Source: Methanobacteriota archaeon (GTDB lineage: Archaea > Thermoplasmatota > Poseidoniia > Poseidoniales > Poseidoniaceae). From it: a stretch of 64,000 nucleotides of DNA. The position numbers and the translations under genes were made by a program. Positions 57,693-64,000 of the stretch are shown here, piece after piece; positions within the stretch are counted from its first letter, which is position 1; each line of letters opens with the position of its first letter. Location: NCBI GenBank assembly GCA_002719815.1, contig PBET01000001.1:131-64130 (forward strand), read 5' to 3'. The notes beneath the pieces were generated by a model that saw only the letters and a program-made list of their open reading frames with translations, was not told the DNA's origin and made no database searches.

Positions 57693-57762
57693 GAAAACAA
57701 CATTTTCAAGAACAAGAAGGTTCTAGCCAAAAGTATCCAACGGAAAGGAGTTCTTGTCCAAC

Positions 57763-58797
57763 ATGAACCTCACATTACTTATTTTTTACACAGCACTCGC
57801 ACTCGGCGTATCGTTTCTTTGTTCAATTCTTGAAGCGGTTGTACTCTCCATTCCAAACACACAAGTGGCAGTATGGCAAAAAGACGGTAATAGGCGTGGT
57901 GATCTCTGGTCAAAACTCAAGGCTGATGATGCCGTAAAACCATTGACTGCAATCCTTACTCTGAACACAATTGCACATACCATGGGTGCTGCCGGCGTTG
58001 GTTCAGAAGTTCAGAATCAATTTGGCAATGAATATCTCACTGTTGCATCGATCATTCTCACCCTAGCTGTCTTATTCCTATCTGAGATCATTCCAAAGAC
58101 GTTAGGTACGGCTTATTGGAGGCAGTTATCGCTCTTTACTGGTATCGTTCTGAATTCGATTACGATTGTCCTGTTCTTTATTATCGCTCCAATCCAGTGG
58201 ATGAAGAAAATATTACCGAGCGCTGATGGTCAGCTCGTTACAAGAGATGATCTTGCAGCATTGGCAGATTTGGGAGAAGAAGAAGGCGCTCTCATGCGCG
58301 ATGAAGAGACGGTTATTCACAACCTGTTGAGGTTACGAGAAATACCAGTTACAGAAGTCATGACGCCACGGGTTGTTGTAACCGCATTGCAACAGAACAT
58401 GAGCATCAAAGAAGTTCTCGATGAATATCCAGTTCTACGATTCTCTCGAATGCCAGTCTACAGTGAATCCATCGATGAAATTCAAGGCGTTGTCATTCGT
58501 TCAGAATTACTAGTAGCTGCCAGTCGTGACGAATGGGATCGAACGATTGATTCATTGATGAAACCTGTTGAATTCTTATCAACCAAACAAAGCGTCGATA
58601 CTGCACTTGATTTATTGTTGGAACGACGTCAGCAGTTTGCTGTTGTTCAAGATGAATTTGGAGGCACATCAGGCATATTGACAATGGAAGATGTGCTCGA
58701 GACGCTTCTGGGTGAAGAAATAGTTGATGAACTCGACGAAGTTGACGATATGCGCGAACTTGCCCGAGAACAAGCAGGCTTAGGCGAAGAAGAGTGA
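57763..58797 (+). CDS. CNNM/DUF21 plus CBS-pair transporter (no CorC_HlyC domain)
   Basis: Four N-terminal TM helices with 'LTLNTIAHTMGAAGVG', then a CBS pair ('EVMTPRVVV...', 'FAVVQDEFGGTSGILTMEDVLE'). The ORF opens with TTG at 57754. Confidence 0.8.
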   Translation: MNLTLLIFYTALALGVSFLCSILEAVVLSIPNTQVAVWQKDGNRRGDLWSKLKADDAVKPLTAILTLNTIAHTMGAAGVGSEVQNQFGNEYLTVASIILTLAVLFLSEIIPKTLGTAYWRQLSLFTGIVLNSITIVLFFIIAPIQWMKKILPSADGQLVTRDDLAALADLGEEEGALMRDEETVIHNLLRLREIPVTEVMTPRVVVTALQQNMSIKEVLDEYPVLRFSRMPVYSESIDEIQGVVIRSELLVAASRDEWDRTIDSLMKPVEFLSTKQSVDTALDLLLERRQQFAVVQDEFGGTSGILTMEDVLETLLGEEIVDELDEVDDMRELAREQAGLGEEE

Positions 58798-59763
58798 TTG
58801 CTCATCCATCCACGTTCGTATTAATTGATCACGAACAGCATTTGTTGCCTCATGTGTATGCTTCAAGTCATCAACAATGTGATACACGAAGTTTGATTCA
58901 CGGGTATGATGGATGTCGATGAGTAATTGTGCGTGCTTCGTACCCAGGGTTGAATCGTGTTTGGCTTGTAACAACAATGTTGGACACGTAGGAAAGCCCC
59001 AATTCGGGGTGGATAAATCTTCAATAGAGTGAACAGCGTATTGTTCTACATTCAGAACGTTGTAAAATTTAAGCAATCTGTGCATCATATATTTATGGAG
59101 GATTCGAGGAATTCGGAGATATTCTGAACTTTGATTGTTGATGTATACATATGATGTGACGGGCGATTCTAAAATCATTCCAAGGGCGTTGGCAGATGTT
59201 TCAATTTCTGGACGAAGTACACGTTGTGCAACGAAACCACCCAAACTATGGCCATGAACAATGAAACCATTGGTTAGCCAGCCTCGTTGATTGAACATCT
59301 GTAGTATTTGTTCCAAATCATAACAGATATGCATGGCAGCCCAATGCTCTACTGATTGATTGCCTCCATGCGCTCGCATTTCGAACAATACAACATTGTA
59401 ACCTAACTTTTCATACAATTCACTGCGACCAATCATATTGGTTGCTGTAGAATTCCAACCATGGATAAGTATGGCCAAGGGTTTGCTTTCATCCATTTGT
59501 TTCAATAACCAGCGAACGGGATATTGATCAACCATGAATGTCTCATATTCCCAATCTTTAGGAAGTGGTTTATTCGATCTTTTCACAGGAACTCTAAACA
59601 TGAGGCCCAAGCATATTGAAAGCCATAGATCGACAATTGCGAATGGCATCAACAGAATGATGGTGACAGGTGAAAAATAAACGAAGAGAAGACTGAAAAT
59701 TACGACCCATGACAAAGCATGCTTGTAAAAAACCAAGTAACGCCTAGGGAGCATGAAATTCAA
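58780..59763 (-). CDS. Membrane-anchored alpha/beta hydrolase
   Basis: Two N-terminal TM helices, oxyanion 'ILIHGWNS' and nucleophile elbow 'VHGHSLGG'. Confidence 0.7.
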   Translation of the reverse strand: MNFMLPRRYLVFYKHALSWVVIFSLLFVYFSPVTIILLMPFAIVDLWLSICLGLMFRVPVKRSNKPLPKDWEYETFMVDQYPVRWLLKQMDESKPLAILIHGWNSTATNMIGRSELYEKLGYNVVLFEMRAHGGNQSVEHWAAMHICYDLEQILQMFNQRGWLTNGFIVHGHSLGGFVAQRVLRPEIETSANALGMILESPVTSYVYINNQSSEYLRIPRILHKYMMHRLLKFYNVLNVEQYAVHSIEDLSTPNWGFPTCPTLLLQAKHDSTLGTKHAQLLIDIHHTRESNFVYHIVDDLKHTHEATNAVRDQLIRTWMDEQSLFFA

Positions 59764-60615
59764 TCAGTCTTCGGATTTCTCTTCTGATTCTTCCGCTTCT
59801 TCTGCGTTTTCTGCGTTTTCTTCACGTTCTAACGCTTTGGCAGCCGCTTTTTCTTCACGGGCTTTTGCTCGATCCTCAACACGCTGTGCATATTTTTCAC
59901 CAAATTGGCTCATACTTTCCAGGCGAGCACGGAAACCAGAAGTTGCTTGTTCTTCTGGCACATAGCGTACAAGATATGCACCGAAGAGAAGATCGAATAG
60001 TCCTTGATTGAGATCGCTATTGCGAGTGAATTGCCAGTTGACGATCCAAAGAATCATCAATACTGCACCAACTGAAGTAAAAATGGCTGGCGAACTACCT
60101 CCGCCGGAAATCTTTCCAGCTTGGGTAAAGACCATGATGAATCCAATCAAGGAAAGGAGACCGATATTGTTGACGAATAAACTGTGGAGGAACAACGGTT
60201 TTGATCCATCGCCACGGATATAGCGTGTTGATGAGGTATATTGCCCCAAGTTTCTTCCAGTATTGATCGGAAGGAAGATGGCATTGAAAAGGATAACGAG
60301 GAATCCAATAATGAATAACAAGGTGTTTTCAAAACCACCACTGCCACCTCCTGTCAGTACGTTCATCACGAGGGCTCCTATGAGAATTGCAAAATTGGCA
60401 ACAAAATTGACCCACCAACAAATGACGCGACTGAGTTTAGGGGCAATTTCAAATTCGTCCGAGAGTCCTTGAGGACGGGGTGTCTTTTGCTTAGGTTTCT
60501 TCTCTTTCTTCGGTTTCTTTTCCTTCTTTGGCACTGGCTTGGCTTCCTTAGCCACTACAGGTTTTGCCTTTTTGACGTCCGTATTAGTTGATTCGACCTT
60601 GTCAAGTAATCCCAT
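59764..60615 (-). CDS. Polytopic membrane protein with a Lys-rich N-tail and an acidic C-tail (possible RDD family)
   Basis: 'KKEKKPKKEKKPKQK' N-tail, 3-4 TM helices, 'GRNLGQYTSSTRYIRGDGS' (RDD-like loop) and the C-terminal 'EENAENAEEAEESEEKSED'. Confidence 0.4.
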   Translation of the reverse strand: MGLLDKVESTNTDVKKAKPVVAKEAKPVPKKEKKPKKEKKPKQKTPRPQGLSDEFEIAPKLSRVICWWVNFVANFAILIGALVMNVLTGGGSGGFENTLLFIIGFLVILFNAIFLPINTGRNLGQYTSSTRYIRGDGSKPLFLHSLFVNNIGLLSLIGFIMVFTQAGKISGGGSSPAIFTSVGAVLMILWIVNWQFTRNSDLNQGLFDLLFGAYLVRYVPEEQATSGFRARLESMSQFGEKYAQRVEDRAKAREEKAAAKALEREENAENAEEAEESEEKSED

Positions 60616-60628
60616 GTTATCGCCTCAC

Positions 60629-61585
60629 TCATGTGTACATTTCAGAAATTTGTTTGTAAATCGAAAAATCACCAGACCCAACAAAGGCAGTGATTGATGC
60701 ATCAGGCATGTTGCCGAGTTGTTCATCAATAATCTTGAAGAATTCACCGCGGCGTTCATCATCGATTGCGGTTGGATCAGCACCAACTTCCTTGAACAGT
60801 TCAAATCCATCGGATGCAAGGAACGCTTCGATTGCTTCTTCTGGAAGTTCATCTCCAAGTAAATCGTTCACGATTGTGAAGAATTGTGAGAACAACGCAT
60901 CAGCTTCATCCATCGATGTTTCTTCAGCGTCATCTTCAACCTGCTCCTCGGATGCAACAGCAGCCGCTACCGGCTCAGGTTGTGCGATGAGTGAGCGTCG
61001 CTCGGCCATCAATGCTTCAAGTTCAGGTACGAGTTCTCGTAGCGCTTCTTTGTCGCCAGATGCCTTTGCCGATTTATATTGAGGCTTGAGTTCCCGTAGA
61101 CGGTTTTCGACAACAGTCAATCTGTCAGGTTCTTCTTCATCGAGTAATTCAACAACTGGGGCTCCACGGGCTTCTTTCAGTGCTTCTTCTCGCTCCTTTT
61201 TCCTCAGAACGATAATATCTCGATCCAGAGAATGCCCGAATCGATCGGAGTATCGATCGAGAAGAGATCCTGACTCACCTGTAGCAATCCTGTCGATAGC
61301 ACCGTAAATTTGGGGAAGAGGTTTCGAAGACCGTTTTGCCCACAATTCACCATACTCATCGGCAGGTTGTTCCTGAACAGGAGCAGTTGGTTGAGGGATA
61401 GGTGCAGGAACAGATTCCTGTGGTGGCAAGGGTGCGGGAGGTAGAGCTGCGACTGGTTCTGGCTCAGGAAGAGGTGCAACTGGCAGCGGTGGTAGAGGTG
61501 CACCTGGTAGTGGTGGCATGCCCGGTAGAGGAGGAAGTGGAGAAGGTGGTGAATCCGCAGATTTGTTCTTTTTTCGTCGTCGCAT
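60629..61585 (-). CDS. Hypothetical protein with an N-terminal PPLP-type polyproline tract and an acidic helical body
   Basis: 'SPPSPLPPLPGMPPLPGAPLPPLPVAPLPEPEP...PPAPLPP', followed by coiled-coil-like acidic sequence. An internal C-terminal duplication is visible ('EAIEAFLASDGFELFKEVG' and 'ASITAFVGSGDFSIYKQIS'). Confidence 0.5.
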   Translation of the reverse strand: MRRRKKNKSADSPPSPLPPLPGMPPLPGAPLPPLPVAPLPEPEPVAALPPAPLPPQESVPAPIPQPTAPVQEQPADEYGELWAKRSSKPLPQIYGAIDRIATGESGSLLDRYSDRFGHSLDRDIIVLRKKEREEALKEARGAPVVELLDEEEPDRLTVVENRLRELKPQYKSAKASGDKEALRELVPELEALMAERRSLIAQPEPVAAAVASEEQVEDDAEETSMDEADALFSQFFTIVNDLLGDELPEEAIEAFLASDGFELFKEVGADPTAIDDERRGEFFKIIDEQLGNMPDASITAFVGSGDFSIYKQISEMYT

Positions 61586-61674
61586 ACCCTCACCTCTATC
61601 TTGTTGGATGCAATACTACCCTTGAACCTTACCACAAATAGGATATGAAAATGAGTTAATTGGTCCAAACATAA

Positions 61675-62874
61675 TTACGCCAATTTAGCCCAGCCCTTGA
61701 GGCTCAAAAAGGTGGCACTGGATTCTGAGACATGAAGCCGATCACCTTGCTTAACGTCGAATTGTTCCTCGCCAAAGCGCAACGTAGCGTCTTCGACTGT
61801 AATTTCAACATCAATATTTTTGTCATTCCCGAAAACAAATGCTTCACTTAATGCATCAAATGGATTACCACCATCCTGATCCAACCTGGCCAGTTCAAAT
61901 TCTGTGACTCGCATACCTGTTTTTCCATGAAGGGAGGTCGGCCAACGAATTTGTCGACGAACATCGATTGTGACGACCTCATCAGTTTCCCCAGCAGCAC
62001 CTAATACAATCGATGCATCGGATTTAACCAGATCCAGAAAAAGTGCTTGATGCGCACCCAAGCGAGAAATTTGACCATTGATAATGGACTGCTTTCGTTC
62101 ATCATGAAGAAACATATCAGCTAGTTTTTGGATACTTGCAGGGCCTTTACCAGGTTTACCTTCTCGTTGTAGATGGTCTTTTAATGCAAGGTGGAGATCT
62201 TTCATTAAACGAGGCGAATCTTCTTGTCGTTCTGCAATTTGAACAAGTTTATCGATCAGATTTGGAATCTGTTTCCTGATGCGTTTTGCCCAACCATTTG
62301 ACTGGTGATCATTAATTCGTGTTAGTCCGCCTTGGACATCAACGCCTTCGCCACGAATGTGCGAAACAAGTTCTCTTCGAGCTTCTGAATCGAGATGAAA
62401 GAGTGAAGGGTCTCGATAATGAAGATGGAAACCTCGATGACCCGAGAATGTGACTTGAAGAAATTGTTCTTTAAATCCAAATTCTGGTTGGAGAAAATCA
62501 TTCCACAATGCGTGTGCTTGATCACGAATAACGTCAAGCATAGCAGGAAAATCACGATCAGTCACGCCAGGAAGGTGGTCTCCATCAAGATCGAAGATAA
62601 GATCTGCTCCTTGCCAGCCTTTATCGTCCATTTTCAATTCATACGGTTTTTGCCAATAGGCTGTTGAATAGAAACAAGAATGCATTGCACGCTCGCTGAG
62701 AAATTGTCGTAGTTCAGTTTCACTTCTGAATGATTTGTGACGTAGTGGAGGGGCACCTCCAAATGGTATAAACATCCATTCTCGTTTCGGCATTCGAGGA
62801 GGACGCCAAAACGTCGATGTCCGATAATACTGTCCAAACCGATGCGCAAAACGTGCCCATCCAGTTGAAGCCAT
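61675..62874 (-). CDS. priS: DNA primase small (catalytic) subunit
   Basis: 'GADLIFDLDGDHL' catalytic acidic triad region and 'FSGHRGFHLHY'. Archaeo-eukaryotic primase architecture. Confidence 0.88.
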   Translation of the reverse strand: MASTGWARFAHRFGQYYRTSTFWRPPRMPKREWMFIPFGGAPPLRHKSFRSETELRQFLSERAMHSCFYSTAYWQKPYELKMDDKGWQGADLIFDLDGDHLPGVTDRDFPAMLDVIRDQAHALWNDFLQPEFGFKEQFLQVTFSGHRGFHLHYRDPSLFHLDSEARRELVSHIRGEGVDVQGGLTRINDHQSNGWAKRIRKQIPNLIDKLVQIAERQEDSPRLMKDLHLALKDHLQREGKPGKGPASIQKLADMFLHDERKQSIINGQISRLGAHQALFLDLVKSDASIVLGAAGETDEVVTIDVRRQIRWPTSLHGKTGMRVTEFELARLDQDGGNPFDALSEAFVFGNDKNIDVEITVEDATLRFGEEQFDVKQGDRLHVSESSATFLSLKGWAKLA

Positions 62875-62910
62875 GAAAGAGCCTATCGTTCACAGTTCTT
62901 GAACGAAACC

Positions 62911-63120
62911 CTATGCATTCTTCATGTAAAATTTCTCTTCTGTCTCGCCGACAACGGTGACAGTATCTGCGCCGGTTGCTTCAACATAGTGATCCCAGCA
63001 GAGGTAGTGTTGATTATAGACCATGGCATTTCCAAACGTTAGGCGAATACCACATTTATGGCAACGTGGTCCTATCTCACCGTTCGGCGCTTGTGCGAGT
63101 TGAACATGTTCGTGTGGCAT
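62911..63120 (-). CDS. Small putative zinc-finger protein
   Basis: 69 aa. 'CHKCG...(17)...CWDH' gives a CxxC...CxxH ligand set. No family recognised. Confidence 0.4.
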   Translation of the reverse strand: MPHEHVQLAQAPNGEIGPRCHKCGIRLTFGNAMVYNQHYLCWDHYVEATGADTVTVVGETEEKFYMKNA

Positions 63121-63176
63121 GGTCTCACCTGATTTGTCCTAAAGGTCGAGGTTCTAAAATGTCGTGCATGATTTTG

Positions 63177-63656
63177 TCATTCTGGTATGGAACTTTTGTG
63201 AACCCAATCAAGCAAATCCAATGCAACTTCACAGGATTCACTCACCTCGATGTGCTCGTCGTGCAAGAATTCCTTCAAGACTGGAATCGCATCGAGGTTG
63301 CCAATAGCTCCGAGTGCTTCTGCAGCCTCATGACGTACCATGACATGTTCAGAGGAATCGGATAGAATATTGATCAAGGTAGGTACTGCTTCATCCATTT
63401 GCATTTGGCCAAGAACATAGGCCAATTCATGGCGTAGAAGTGCACTTCCTGACGCGAAAGCTTCGCACAAAATCATGCATGATTCTGGTGAACGTATATT
63501 CCTTAATTTGAATACAGAACGCATACGTTGGAACATTTTTTGATGTTCATCAAGAAGTATATTCTTCAACTCGTTCAATTGTTCTGAAGCAGAAGGAGGT
63601 GCAGGGTCAACTGATCCATATTCACTTGTATCCGGACGCCGTTGAATATTCATCAC
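63177..63656 (-). CDS. Half-length deoxyhypusine hydroxylase-like HEAT-repeat protein (two His-Glu motifs)
   Basis: 'SVDPAPP', 'MFQRMRSVFKLRN', 'GSALLRHELAYVLGQMQ', 'VMVRHEAAEALGAIG' and 'IEVSESCEVALD' match the C-terminal half of eukaryotic DOHH as I remember it. The ATGA overlap with the upstream MqnD-like ORF is preceded by an AGGAGTGA Shine-Dalgarno-like sequence. Confidence 0.65.
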   Translation of the reverse strand: MMNIQRRPDTSEYGSVDPAPPSASEQLNELKNILLDEHQKMFQRMRSVFKLRNIRSPESCMILCEAFASGSALLRHELAYVLGQMQMDEAVPTLINILSDSSEHVMVRHEAAEALGAIGNLDAIPVLKEFLHDEHIEVSESCEVALDLLDWVHKSSIPE

Positions 63657-64000
63657 TCCTTTGCACCAATGAAGGTAAGTGAAGAAACGTCAAAGTCTTC
63701 TCGTATTAATCCGAGTTCTTGGCCCTCTTTTAGAAAACGTCGAATGGATGAGCGACCTTCTGGTTTGTAATCGATGGTACGATCATTCACATACATTGTC
63801 ACGAATTTTTGATTTGTTTCATCGTCGATACCACGGCCCCAAGCCTTGGCAAATTCGAGTGCCTCCTCTGGGTGTTGAATGGAATGTTCGATGCTCATTT
63901 TTGTATACATAGTAACATCTTCCATAACTTGTTGTCCGAGATCTCTTCGCACAACATTTCCCCCCAAAGGCATAGGCCAGCCATCGGTACGTTCGTTCCA
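63653..64000 (-). CDS. MqnA/MqnD-family (futalosine-pathway menaquinone biosynthesis) protein, C-terminal part; gene runs off the window
   Basis: 'GRGIDDETNQKFVTMYVNDRTIDYKPEGRSSIRRFLKEGQELGLI' matches the conserved MqnD/MqnA C-terminus. The frame is open from 63973 to the window edge (WNERTDGWP precedes the first Met). Confidence 0.6.
   Translation of the reverse strand, partial: WNERTDGWPMPLGGNVVRRDLGQQVMEDVTMYTKMSIEHSIQHPEEALEFAKAWGRGIDDETNQKFVTMYVNDRTIDYKPEGRSSIRRFLKEGQELGLIREDFDVSSLTFIGAKE

Noticed and set aside
1-64000. CRISPR arrays, transposases, integrases, prophage or defence-system genes
   Set aside because: I looked for regularly spaced direct repeats in the few non-coding stretches (the longest is ~225 nt at 37536..37761) and for nuclease, ATPase or integrase-like ORFs. 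None were found. All intergenic regions are too short for an array.

Overview
Gene-dense chromosomal segment, about 69 genes and over 90% coding, with no rRNA, CRISPR array, transposase or integrase seen. The gene content is clearly archaeal: ribosomal proteins eS19, eL39, eL31 and eS17, tRNA-splicing endonuclease, archease, Kae1, primase PriS, PAN, aMBF1, Tsr3 and a preQ0/archaeosine operon. The metabolic load looks like an aerobic heterotroph: histidine degradation (hutH, hutU, hutI plus formiminotransferase/cyclodeaminase), methylmalonyl-CoA mutase and epimerase, a split PntAA/PntAB/PntB transhydrogenase, malate dehydrogenase, secreted M6 and S15 peptidases, and one 1174-aa surface protein. 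Moderate-to-low GC, very acidic proteins and tight packing suggest an uncultured marine planktonic euryarchaeon (Marine Group II/Poseidoniales-like), but that is inference only. Two real genes fall below the ORF-track length cut-off and were found by reading the DNA: eL39 (24277..24432) and a DUF5679-type zinc ribbon (37762..37914). There is one tRNA-Val(GAC) with an encoded CCA. The most interesting observations are these. (1) A 159-aa ORF looks like exactly one half of eukaryotic deoxyhypusine hydroxylase, with 2 of the 4 His-Glu iron motifs. (2) A four-gene envelope operon combines the giant CARDB/NEW3-like surface protein with a PqqD-like protein. (3) A cluster next to the tRNA encodes zinc-ribbon, EF-hand and DUF835 proteins. 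(4) A TatC-like protein carries an unknown Cys-rich C-terminal domain. (5) A YgfZ-IscA pair resembles mitochondrial Iba57-Isa. (6) A disordered basic protein, not Bud32, is translationally coupled to Kae1. All family calls come from motif recognition by eye, since no searches could be run.
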